From: Gammaproteobacteria bacterium
Lineage (GTDB): Bacteria > Pseudomonadota > Gammaproteobacteria > UBA6429 > Thiohalophilaceae
Assembly (NCBI GenBank): GCA_030594815.1
Contig: JAUVEN010000003.1
Coordinates: 2,936-66,935 of the forward strand
Reading direction: 5' to 3'
Length of the DNA: 64,000 bases
Shown: positions 19,757 through 28,337 of the stretch, in pieces
Numbering within the stretch: the first letter of the stretch is position 1
Layout of the letters: each line of letters begins with the position of its first letter
Made by a program: the position numbers and the translations under genes
The notes under the pieces: model-generated
Told to the model about the DNA's origin: nothing
What the model saw: only the letters and a program-made list of their open reading frames with translations
Database searches by the model: none

Positions 19757-19957
19757 ATGGCAACTGGTAACGTTAAATGGTTTAACGAATCTAAAGGCTT
19801 TGGTTTCATCACTCCTGACGACGGCAGCAAAGATGTATTCGTACATTTCTCTGCAATCGCTAGCGATGGCTTCCGTACATTAGCTGAAGGTCAACAAGTG
19901 ACTTTCGACGTGGAAGACGGTCCTAAAGGCCCACAAGCAACAAACGTAACTGTATAA
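19757..19957 (+). CDS. cspA: Cold-shock protein, CspA family
   Basis: 66 aa with [15 protein letters not shown] and VFVHFSAI (RNP1/RNP2 of the cold-shock domain). A GAGG ribosome-binding site precedes it. Confidence 0.93.
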   Translation: MATGNVKWFNESKGFGFITPDDGSKDVFVHFSAIASDGFRTLAEGQQVTFDVEDGPKGPQATNVTV

Positions 19958-19983
19958 TAACTTTTACATTTGAAGTTTAAAGA

Positions 19984-20012
19984 AACCCTGTGATTATCAC
20001 GGGGTTTTTTTT
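19984..20012 (+). terminator. Rho-independent terminator after the cspA-like gene
   Basis: aaaCCCTGTGATtatcACGGGGtttttttt: a GC-rich stem followed by a run of 8 T. Confidence 0.8.
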
Positions 20013-20063
20013 GCCAAAAATAAATGCCTGGAATGTGAATTCTGCAAAATATGGGTTTAATTA

Positions 20064-21179
20064 ATGAGTGTAGATAGCAATAAGAGTTTTATAAGTGATG
20101 CATTTTCAATGTTAGATCCTGTTTTTGAATTTTTCAGTGATTATCCAATTTCTGTTTTTTTTGTCGTTGTCATCCTTTCTTTCATGTTAACCAAAATTGT
20201 GACAATGATAATGACTGTATTGATTACACAATTGACCAGCAGAACAAAAGTAGAATGGGACGATAAAGTTAATATTTTATTATCTCGCCCGGTGTTTTGG
20301 ACTCTTTTTTTATTGGGTGTGCTTCTGGCGGTAGTACCACTTAAATTATCACAAAATTCTATAGAAATTATGGAATCAATGGTTGCGTCTATTCTGATTA
20401 TGCTGTGGAGTGTATTTGTAATAAGGTTAACTGCAGTTATCCTGGATGAGATAAGTCGAAATACGGACAAGCATTCCTTTATCAGTATTCAGACTAAACC
20501 CTTATTTCAAAATCTTGTATATATTTTTGTTTTTGTAATTGCTGTTTATTTGGTCTTTATCTCATGGAAGATCGATATGACAGCGTGGCTTGCTTCTGCA
20601 GGTATCGTCGGTATTGCTATTGGTTTTGCTGCCAAAGATACGTTGGCTAATCTTTTTTCAGGTGTATTCATATTAGCAGACTCACCATATAAAATTGGTG
20701 ACTATGTAGTGTTAGACAGTGGCGAACGTGGAAAAGTTACTCATATAGGAATTCGCAGTACTCGTTTATTAACTCGTGGTGATGTAGAAATTACCATTCC
20801 AAATGCTGTAATGGGTAATACGAGAATCAGTAACGAATCGGGTGGTCCATATGAAAAATATCGTTTGAAAATAAAAATTGGTGTGGCTTATGGTTCTGAT
20901 ATTGATCAGGTTAAACAACTTTTACTATCAATTGCGATAAATGAAAACGAAGTGTGTGAAGTTCCTGAACCTAGAGTAAGGTTTCGAGCCTTTGGTGATT
21001 CAAGTTTAGATATTGATCTTTTATGCTGGGTAGAGACACCTGAAATTCGTGGCCGAGTTCTGGATATTCTTAATACAGCAATTTATAAATGTTTTAATGC
21101 TGAAGGAATTGAAATCCCATATAGCAAACAAGATCTCTATATAAAAGAAATGCCGGGTTCAAAATTCAACGACCGTTGA
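20064..21179 (+). CDS. Mechanosensitive ion channel, MscS family
   Basis: 371 aa with N-terminal TM helices and the conserved MscS core (..LANLFSGVFILADSPYKIGDYV..G.V..IG.RSTRL.T.D...I.IPN). Confidence 0.85.
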   Translation: MSVDSNKSFISDAFSMLDPVFEFFSDYPISVFFVVVILSFMLTKIVTMIMTVLITQLTSRTKVEWDDKVNILLSRPVFWTLFLLGVLLAVVPLKLSQNSIEIMESMVASILIMLWSVFVIRLTAVILDEISRNTDKHSFISIQTKPLFQNLVYIFVFVIAVYLVFISWKIDMTAWLASAGIVGIAIGFAAKDTLANLFSGVFILADSPYKIGDYVVLDSGERGKVTHIGIRSTRLLTRGDVEITIPNAVMGNTRISNESGGPYEKYRLKIKIGVAYGSDIDQVKQLLLSIAINENEVCEVPEPRVRFRAFGDSSLDIDLLCWVETPEIRGRVLDILNTAIYKCFNAEGIEIPYSKQDLYIKEMPGSKFNDR

Positions 21180-21187
21180 AAGCTTAT

Positions 21188-22699
21188 TTAAATATTTATT
21201 TTGTGACGTTGCTGTCGTGATTCTGAACGACGTTTAAAAACTTTAACATTCTCCTTGGCCTGAAGTACAAACTTTGGTTGTCCTTTAATTCCGGAGTCTG
21301 CAAAATCTTTAAGCAAATATTCATTAGTTTGTTCTTCGTTTAAATGTAAAATTTCTACCATTGCTTTTTTAAGCAAAACGAATAAGCGGGGCAAGGCAAT
21401 ATGATTTGTTTGGTCTGTCTCGGCATGAATCCAATTACTTACTTCTAAAAAGTTTTCAAAAGGTTTATTACCAAGTAAAAACGTTTTTGTATGTTTGAAA
21501 CGCCCCGAGTTAGCAATCATATCCCAGTATCGTGCAAAGCGTTTTAGTTTTTGCATGGTACTAAAATCAATAATGTTATTACTGAGTATTTCATACGGTG
21601 CAGTAGGGCTGTAGCGCATATCATATTCATCGGTATGACGAATAATGGGCGTGCCACGTAAGCGTTTAAGTACACCAACTTGTATTTCATGCGGATTCAT
21701 TGCGACTAATTCATTAAAACCTGTTGCAAAGCTCGTTAAGGTTTCTCCCGGTAAACCAATAATGAGATCAGCATGAATATGTGCGGAGGTGTTATTGCGG
21801 ATCCAGTTCATATTACTTTCCACTTTCTCGTTATCCTGTTTACGGCTGATAATGTCCTGTATATCCGGATTTAAACTTTGAATACCAATTTCAAACTGTA
21901 AGCTGTCTTCCGGGAATCGCTGCATGACTGCTTTTAGTTTTTCGGGTAAATGGTCTGGGATGAGCTCAAAATGTAAATAGACTTTGTCTGTTTCCATTTT
22001 AGATAAAAAGAATCCCATTATTTGGATGCTGGTATTAATTTTTAAATTAAAAGTACGATCTATAAATTTAAAACTGCGAACACCTCTGTCATAGAGTTTT
22101 TGCATCTCACCAAGAAATAAAGTGAGCTCAAAGGGATAAACTGTTTTATCTAACGAGGATAAGCAGAACTCACATTTGAAAGGGCAACCACGCGATGCTT
22201 CAACATACATAACCCGGTTTTTAATGTCTTCATCAGTATATTCGCCATAAGGCAGCTTAATTTCACTTAACTTAAAATGCTCTGCTTTAATGATTTTTTC
22301 TAATGGCTTTTTATTATTTAAAATGTCGATACATGTTTTTCTAAAACTAATATCAGCTTGACCTGTAATGACATAATCAGATAAAGCGACAATCTCTTGT
22401 TCTTGAGTTTCATAAGTGACTTCAGGGCCACCTAAAATAATAATTGTTTCTGGTGAGATTTGTTTAAGTAGCTTAACAACTTGCAGTGTTTCTTCTGCAT
22501 TCCAAATATAGACACCTAAAGCAATAATTTTGGGTTTGTCTTTGAGCAAGCTTTCAACAATATCAATGGGGCGACTATTTATGATGAATTCAAGCAATTG
22601 GGTTTGCACACGCAATTCGCCCATATTTGCAAGTAAATAGCGTAAACCTAGTGAGGCATGGATATAACGTGCGTTGAGCGTACTGAGAACAATAGACAT
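21188..22699 (-). CDS. B12-binding-domain radical SAM protein (DUF4080-type C-terminus)
   Basis: It has the radical-SAM Cys motif RGCPFKCEFC and an N-terminal cobalamin-binding-like domain. I prefer the start at M14 (MSIVLSTLNARYIHASLGLRYL), which fits family N-termini and avoids the repeat element. Confidence 0.8.
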   Translation of the reverse strand: MSIVLSTLNARYIHASLGLRYLLANMGELRVQTQLLEFIINSRPIDIVESLLKDKPKIIALGVYIWNAEETLQVVKLLKQISPETIIILGGPEVTYETQEQEIVALSDYVITGQADISFRKTCIDILNNKKPLEKIIKAEHFKLSEIKLPYGEYTDEDIKNRVMYVEASRGCPFKCEFCLSSLDKTVYPFELTLFLGEMQKLYDRGVRSFKFIDRTFNLKINTSIQIMGFFLSKMETDKVYLHFELIPDHLPEKLKAVMQRFPEDSLQFEIGIQSLNPDIQDIISRKQDNEKVESNMNWIRNNTSAHIHADLIIGLPGETLTSFATGFNELVAMNPHEIQVGVLKRLRGTPIIRHTDEYDMRYSPTAPYEILSNNIIDFSTMQKLKRFARYWDMIANSGRFKHTKTFLLGNKPFENFLEVSNWIHAETDQTNHIALPRLFVLLKKAMVEILHLNEEQTNEYLLKDFADSGIKGQPKFVLQAKENVKVFKRRSESRQQRHKINI

Positions 22700-22714
22700 A
22701 ATTATGAAAATCCT

Positions 22715-22871
22715 GTCATTGAGAGTAAAACGAAGCAATCTTTTTGATATAACGCTAGATTATGGAGATTACTACGGGCGTCCGGCCCTTCGCCCTCCGG
22801 GCCAAGCAAAGCTTGTTCAAAATCGTTCCAAACGATTTTATGCCGCGGTCACTTTGTTCCCTCGCAATGAC
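22715..22871. repeat. MITE-like palindromic element with imperfect terminal inverted repeats
   Basis: The left arm GTCATTGAGAGTAAAACGAAG pairs with the reverse complement of the right arm, GTCATTGCGAGGGAACAAAG. It has a GC-rich core (GGCCCttcgccctccGGGCC) and a perfect 9-bp hairpin at 22819..22839 (AAAATCGTTccaAACGATTTT). Confidence 0.6.
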
Positions 22872-22971
22872 GAGTTGTTTTAAATAGCAGGTGAAAAAGA
22901 TAGTTTAACAGAATAGCATTGCTTTAAAATACTCTTTATAATTTTGCTGTACTGATTCAGAGGAGAGTATT

Positions 22972-23337
22972 GTGATTACCTATTTATACTGGATAACCGT
23001 ATTTGCTTTAATAATCGCATTATTGGTTTTTATTGGGCATAAAATTGATCAATGGAAATATGCTTTTATTGCCGCAGGCACTGTTTTTATCGTTGGTTGG
23101 GCTGCGTATTATTTTCACTTTCAACAAATTTTTGTCAAAAAATACGGTGGTGTAATGTCATTGTCTGTACCAGCTGGACAACGTCATATTGGAGCAACAT
23201 GGAAAGATGAAAACCTTTGGATTGAAAATTACGATCCTAAAACAAATAAATGTTATTTTACTGAATATTCAAAAGGAAATATGTTGCAGGGGAAAGTGGT
23301 TATTAATAACTGTAACCCACTCATGCCACAACAATAA
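22972..23337 (+). CDS. Hypothetical membrane protein (2 predicted TM helices)
   Basis: 121 aa with a GTG start preceded by GAGGAG. Two hydrophobic helices are followed by a soluble C-terminal domain. Confidence 0.55.
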   Translation: MITYLYWITVFALIIALLVFIGHKIDQWKYAFIAAGTVFIVGWAAYYFHFQQIFVKKYGGVMSLSVPAGQRHIGATWKDENLWIENYDPKTNKCYFTEYSKGNMLQGKVVINNCNPLMPQQ

Positions 23338-23342
23338 ATACT

Positions 23343-23996
23343 ATGTATGACGCGTCATTAAAAACTTCTCAGCTGCGCGATAAATTAATGGCTGAAGGCT
23401 TGGAAAGTTCAATCTTACATGCTGATCCCATTAAACAATTTGAAAGTTGGTATGCTGAAACATGCTCAACAGATCTTTCTGAAACAAGCGCTATGATATT
23501 GGCAACGGTTGATACAGAAGGGCAACCGTTGCAGCGCACCGTATTATTAAAATCATTTGATGAGAATGGTTTTATCTTTTTCACTAATTATTCCAGTCGT
23601 AAAGCTCAACATATTGAAGCGAATAATAAAGTAAGTTTACTGTTTCCATGGCATTCAATGGGGCGACAAGTAAAAATCACAGGTACAGCAGAAAAAATAC
23701 CAACTGCTGAGTCACTTAAATATTTTCTTTCACGTCCACGTGGTAGCCAGATTGGCGCATGGGCTTCGCATCAAAGTAAGGTTGTGAAAAATCGTGCACT
23801 GCTTGACGCAATGTTCGATGAAATGAAGAATAAGTTTGTGCATGGTGAAATTCCTTTACCTTCTTTCTGGGGCGGTTATCGTATAGAGCCTAAAACGATT
23901 GAATTTTGGCAAGCACGAGATAGTCGTTTACATGATCGTTTTATGTATTCGAAAAATGATTTCGGTGAGTGGATTAATGAGCGTCTTGCGCCTTAA
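23343..23996 (+). CDS. pdxH: Pyridoxamine 5'-phosphate oxidase
   Basis: 217 aa with typical PdxH blocks (..P.QR.VLLK..DE.GF.FFTNY.S.K....N..VSLLF.W....RQV.I.G..) and a WGGYR..P..IEFWQ.R.SRLHDR C-terminus. Confidence 0.9.
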   Translation: MYDASLKTSQLRDKLMAEGLESSILHADPIKQFESWYAETCSTDLSETSAMILATVDTEGQPLQRTVLLKSFDENGFIFFTNYSSRKAQHIEANNKVSLLFPWHSMGRQVKITGTAEKIPTAESLKYFLSRPRGSQIGAWASHQSKVVKNRALLDAMFDEMKNKFVHGEIPLPSFWGGYRIEPKTIEFWQARDSRLHDRFMYSKNDFGEWINERLAP

Positions 23997-24009
23997 GTTT
24001 GATATTTTT

Positions 24010-24083
24010 GTAGGTTGGTTCAAGGAGCACCGCGACGGAACCAACAAAATTACGTTGGCTCCGCTTCGCTTGAGCCAACCTAC
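24010..24083. repeat. REP-like double-hairpin element (GTAGGTTGG ... CCAACCTAC)
   Basis: The outer inverted repeat is GTAGGTTGG/CCAACCTAC. Two inner hairpins are GTTGGTTC..GAACCAAC and GTTGGCTC..GAGCCAAC. It is GC-rich against an AT-rich spacer. Confidence 0.7.
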
Positions 24084-24100
24084 TAAAGACTAATAAATAA

Positions 24101-24958
24101 ATGTTTTCACACAATATTGATTTAAATCAAAAATGGGATGCTGATTTTGTTTCCTTTTCGCCTATTTTTGAGCCATTAAAACTCTGGGCTAATAATTTCT
24201 CACAGTTTAAAGACGGCTGGCCGGGTCTTACTGATTATCAGGCCGTTCTTTCTGCATTGTCTAAACCTATTCTTACGCAAAGTGGTAAAGCTTTAAAAAT
24301 CGTTCAACAAGATGGTAAGCCTGGGCATTTCAGTGAACATTACGCACCGCGCATTTATTTGAATGGAGAGATTCAAACGCGTACTGAAAACTGGCATGAC
24401 TTTTTTCAATTCCTTACCTGGTTTATGTTTCCTAAAACCAAAGCAGTGATTAATGCTATTCATATTCCTGCTGCGCAAGTGCGCATAGAAAATAATAAAG
24501 ATTTAGGACGACGCTCACCCATTGAAAATATGTTGTCTTTATTTGATGAGGGTGGTGCGGTTATTTTATGTAGTGATGATTCAATGCTGCAATTGATCCG
24601 TGATTTTAATTGGAAGGAATTATTCTGGCATCGACGCGATGAACTTGAAACAAAATTAAAACTGGTAACTTTTGGACACGCTTTATATGAGAAGGGTTTA
24701 TCACCTTATGTCGGTATGACCGCAAATTGTATTTTACTTTCTGTTGACGAAAATATATTGCAACAAACAAATCAACAACAGCTTGATTATATTGATAATG
24801 AATTGGCTATGTTATTTAGCAATAGGGAGCCTTATAAAAAACCAAAAGACTTATCTCCCTTTCCTTTGCTTGGATTACCCGGCTGGGATAAAGATAATAT
24901 AAATGAGACTTACTATGATAATACGAACTATTTCAGACCAGGTCGCTCCAGGAAGTAA
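24101..24958 (+). CDS. DUF3025-like conserved hypothetical protein
   Basis: 285 aa. The blocks NWHDFFQFLTW.FP..K, RSPIENMLSLFDEGGAV and FGHALYEKGLSPYVGMTA match my memory of DUF3025. This is unverified. Confidence 0.55.
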   Translation: MFSHNIDLNQKWDADFVSFSPIFEPLKLWANNFSQFKDGWPGLTDYQAVLSALSKPILTQSGKALKIVQQDGKPGHFSEHYAPRIYLNGEIQTRTENWHDFFQFLTWFMFPKTKAVINAIHIPAAQVRIENNKDLGRRSPIENMLSLFDEGGAVILCSDDSMLQLIRDFNWKELFWHRRDELETKLKLVTFGHALYEKGLSPYVGMTANCILLSVDENILQQTNQQQLDYIDNELAMLFSNREPYKKPKDLSPFPLLGLPGWDKDNINETYYDNTNYFRPGRSRK

Positions 24959-25219
24959 TAAAGTGTTTTCTCTGATACAACCTGTCGGTTAGTTACCCGT
25001 AGTTAGAAAACATAAGTTTACAGATTTATCTTTGAACAGCAGTAAAACGCGAACTAGTATTATAAAAACCAACTGCTTCATACACACTATCTGCGCCTAA
25101 ATTTTTACTGATAAATATTATTAATATTTGTACTCTAGTTATTGATTTTATTGTTATTATCTATATAAAATCATGTAATACATTAAACTTTCATACTTAC
25201 CCCCCAAGGAAAAGTTTTA

Positions 25220-27178
25220 GTGGAGCAATCTAGTCAAGAAGAGCATGTTAATCGGCTCGAACAGGAACTAAAGCAGCGTGAATACGAAATTCAGCTATTG
25301 ACCGAGACAACTCAGGCAATTGGTAGCCAGCTCGAGCTTAATAAGGTCTTTGATATTATCGCCAGGCGTGCCAGGGAGCTGATCAATTCTGAAACGTTAC
25401 TCATTCCTATTCTAAATAAAGAATTCACTGAATATACCTATCGTGCTGGCGATGGAGAAAATGTTGATGAAATTGTAGGTGAAACTTTACCGCTGGACTT
25501 TGGCGTTTGTGGATGGGTATGGCGTCATCGTAAAGCCTGGTGGAAGGGAATGCTTAATGAGCTTTCTGAAGAAGAACGCAACGCATGGGAAAATGAAGCC
25601 GGCACTTTAATTATGGTTCCGCTAATGGGACGTGAAAGTTTTCTTGGTGGGTTGGCAGGTATCAATAAAATAGGCGGTGGTGAGTTTACTGAAAATGATT
25701 TTCATTTACTGGAGCTCTTCGCCGGTCAAGTTGCTATTGCGATTGAAAATGCAATGGTCATGGAAAAAGTGGAAGAAGCTAAACGTATTTCAGAAGAGTA
25801 TCAGACTGAATTAAAAAGTTTAAATAAACGATTAATCTCAGTTAACCATGAACTTGAACATCTTACGCTCTACGATCAACTTACCGGCTTGCCGAATCGT
25901 TTATTGTTTCGAGATCGACTACAACAAGAAATTAATATTGCTAAAGAACAAAATTTATACGTCACTATTATGATCATCGATCTTGATCGTTTTCAGGAAC
26001 TTAATGAAGCACTAGGCCATGAAGAAGGGGATTTGTTACTTAAAGAAGTAAGTAATCGTTTAACAAGTTCTTTAGACTCAAAAGGTAGCTTGGCACGTTT
26101 AAGTGGAGATGAATTTGCTGTATTAATGTTGAATAATTATAACGACATGGCATTAGATGCTGCCAAAATGTTCCTTGAGGTTCTGGAAGAACCAATCAAA
26201 CTATCAAATGAATCTATTTCTATTACCGCCAAAATAGGAATAACTATTTATCCAGAGCATGGTGACGATGTTCAAATATTACTTAAGCATATGGATGCGT
26301 CAATTATTGCTGCAAAACGTAATAATGAATCTATTCATGTTTACGAAGCTGAAAAAGACGATACATCAGGACGTCTTGCTCTTGTGCAGAAAATTAAAAA
26401 TGCTTTTGAACAATCTGAATTTAAACTTTATTACCAGCCAAAAATTGAACTTGTAAGTGGCACACTTATCGGTGTTGAGGCACTAGCACGCTGGCCGGAT
26501 AAAAATAATGGCTATGTACCAACAGAAATGTTTATTTCCGTAATGGAACAAACTGGATTAATTAATGAATTTAGTTATTGGGCGCTTGATTCTGCGATGA
26601 GTCAAAGACTAGCCTGGTTAAAAGATGGTTATGATTTAAAAGTATCAGTCAATATTCCTGTGACCATGGTTCTTGAAAATGGTTTTGTTGCACGAATGCG
26701 TCACCTGATTAAGCAACATGATAATGTTGGTGGAATTATTCTTGAAATAACAGAAAATATTTTCTTTTCTGATTATGAACGATTAAGTCGCTTAATGAAT
26801 AATTTACAGGATTTAGGTTTGTTATTTTCGATTGATGATTTTGGCACAGGTCACTCATCTTTAAGTCGTTTACGACAGCTGCCGGTAAGTGAATTAAAAA
26901 TCGATAAATCCTTCGTTATTGATATGATTGGAAATAATGATGATGAAGTTATTGTAAAATCCACCATTGAATTAGCTCATAGCCTTGGAATACGAGTTTG
27001 TGCAGAAGGTGTAGAAACTGCAGAGGTCATGCAGCAGCTTTATCAATGGCGTTGTGACATTATTCAGGGGTATCACATCAGCAAAGCCATTCCCGCCTCA
27101 GAAATTACTCATTTTATAAAAAGTTCCCGTTGGAATGTTGATGAACCAGTAAATGATTCGGATAGCATTCGCTCATAA
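25220..27178 (+). CDS. GAF-GGDEF-EAL signalling protein (c-di-GMP turnover)
   Basis: 652 aa with an N-terminal coiled coil and GAF domain. The GGDEF site reads SGDEF (LARLSGDEFAVL). The EAL domain has EALARW, EITE and DDFGTGHSSL. GTG start. Confidence 0.85.
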   Translation: MEQSSQEEHVNRLEQELKQREYEIQLLTETTQAIGSQLELNKVFDIIARRARELINSETLLIPILNKEFTEYTYRAGDGENVDEIVGETLPLDFGVCGWVWRHRKAWWKGMLNELSEEERNAWENEAGTLIMVPLMGRESFLGGLAGINKIGGGEFTENDFHLLELFAGQVAIAIENAMVMEKVEEAKRISEEYQTELKSLNKRLISVNHELEHLTLYDQLTGLPNRLLFRDRLQQEINIAKEQNLYVTIMIIDLDRFQELNEALGHEEGDLLLKEVSNRLTSSLDSKGSLARLSGDEFAVLMLNNYNDMALDAAKMFLEVLEEPIKLSNESISITAKIGITIYPEHGDDVQILLKHMDASIIAAKRNNESIHVYEAEKDDTSGRLALVQKIKNAFEQSEFKLYYQPKIELVSGTLIGVEALARWPDKNNGYVPTEMFISVMEQTGLINEFSYWALDSAMSQRLAWLKDGYDLKVSVNIPVTMVLENGFVARMRHLIKQHDNVGGIILEITENIFFSDYERLSRLMNNLQDLGLLFSIDDFGTGHSSLSRLRQLPVSELKIDKSFVIDMIGNNDDEVIVKSTIELAHSLGIRVCAEGVETAEVMQQLYQWRCDIIQGYHISKAIPASEITHFIKSSRWNVDEPVNDSDSIRS

Positions 27179-27298
27179 AAATGACTTATTTTTCTTAATG
27201 CGTTAAAGAAACCTCAAGAGTATCCGACATAATAAGGTAGTTTTGTATAAACTTGCTTTATAATAGTTTCATATTAATGTGTTGGAGTACTACTTTAG

Positions 27299-28195
27299 AT
27301 GGATTCGCCCGTAATTCTCGTTGTTGATGATGAACCCTTAAATCTCGATATTATTGAGGAGTTTCTCACCGGCAAAGGGCAGCCTTATATTGTCGAAACC
27401 GCCAGTGACGGCATTGAAGCGATGGAAAAGCTGGAGGCAAACTCCGCTAAATATGATGTCGTTTTACTCGATCGTATGATGCCAAGAATGTCCGGTATGG
27501 AAGTGCTGGAAAAGATGTCGGCACACCCTGAACTAAAGTATATTCCTGTTATTCTACAGACAGCGAAAGTAAGTAAAGACGATATTCTTGAAGGTTTAAA
27601 AGCGGGTGCTTATTATTACCTGACTAAGCCATTTACCAGCGATATTCTCCATTCAGTCGTTAAAACTGCAGTAAAAGATCGTGGTTACAACAAAGCACTA
27701 CTTGCAAGTCTTAATGTTACAAAATCATCAGTGAAATTATTAAAAAATGCGCATTTTGAATTTCGCAGTTTAGATGATGTACGTGCAGTTTCATCATTGA
27801 TTGCTTGTGCATGTGATGAACCAGATAAAATTGCCATGGGATTGAGTGAACTCATGATCAATGCCATTGAACATGGAAACTTGCATATTGGTTATGAGGA
27901 AAAGTCTGAATTACGTAAAGCAGATAAGTGGGAATCAGAAATAGCCAGTCGGCTCGAGTTACCTGAACATAAGGAGAAATTCGCATCGGTTGATGTTATC
28001 AATGATTCAGATGGTGTGACATATACCATAACTGATAAGGGGACTGGTTTTGAATGGGATGATTTCATGGAGTTTGATACTGCTCGTGTAATGGATAACC
28101 ACGGTCGAGGCATTGCCATGGCTAATAAGCTTTATTTTTCAAAACTTGAATATCAGGGTAACGGTAATACCGTTGTAGTGATGGTAGAAAAGTAA
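27299..28195 (+). CDS. Response-regulator receiver fused to a SpoIIAB/RsbW-like HATPase domain
   Basis: 298 aa. It has REC (VVDDEP..VLLDRMMPRMSG..TKP), then an N-box-like ELMINAIEHGN, DKGTGF and HGRGIAMA. No DHp/H-box was seen. Confidence 0.7.
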   Translation: MDSPVILVVDDEPLNLDIIEEFLTGKGQPYIVETASDGIEAMEKLEANSAKYDVVLLDRMMPRMSGMEVLEKMSAHPELKYIPVILQTAKVSKDDILEGLKAGAYYYLTKPFTSDILHSVVKTAVKDRGYNKALLASLNVTKSSVKLLKNAHFEFRSLDDVRAVSSLIACACDEPDKIAMGLSELMINAIEHGNLHIGYEEKSELRKADKWESEIASRLELPEHKEKFASVDVINDSDGVTYTITDKGTGFEWDDFMEFDTARVMDNHGRGIAMANKLYFSKLEYQGNGNTVVVMVEK

Positions 28196-28232
28196 TATGA
28201 GGAAAAGCATTGAGATTTTAGGGAATATTGGA

Positions 28233-28260
28233 TTGCACTTCATACGTATAGTGTTATAAT
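28233..28260 (+). promoter_or_regulatory. Putative sigma70 promoter of the rimP-nusA-infB operon (TTGCAC-16-TATAAT)
   Basis: The hexamers and spacing were read directly from the sequence. Confidence 0.5.
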
Positions 28261-28285
28261 CCGATCCGTACAGAATGAATTATTA

Positions 28286-28310
28286 AAGTGGGCCTTGAGC
28301 CCACTTTTTG
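28286..28310 (+). terminator. Terminator-like hairpin in the rimP leader (possible attenuator, or terminator of the upstream gene)
   Basis: AAGTGGGCcttgaGCCCACTTtttgtttt: an 8-bp stem, a 5-nt loop and a T-rich tail. It lies between the putative promoter and the rimP ribosome-binding site. Confidence 0.55.
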
Positions 28311-28337
28311 TTTTCTAAAAAGGAAGAAACAGGCGGA

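Noticed and set aside
22700-22738. The longest-ORF start of the radical-SAM gene
   Set aside because: The extra 13 codons run into the left arm of the palindromic element at 22715..22871. The family N-terminus fits M14.
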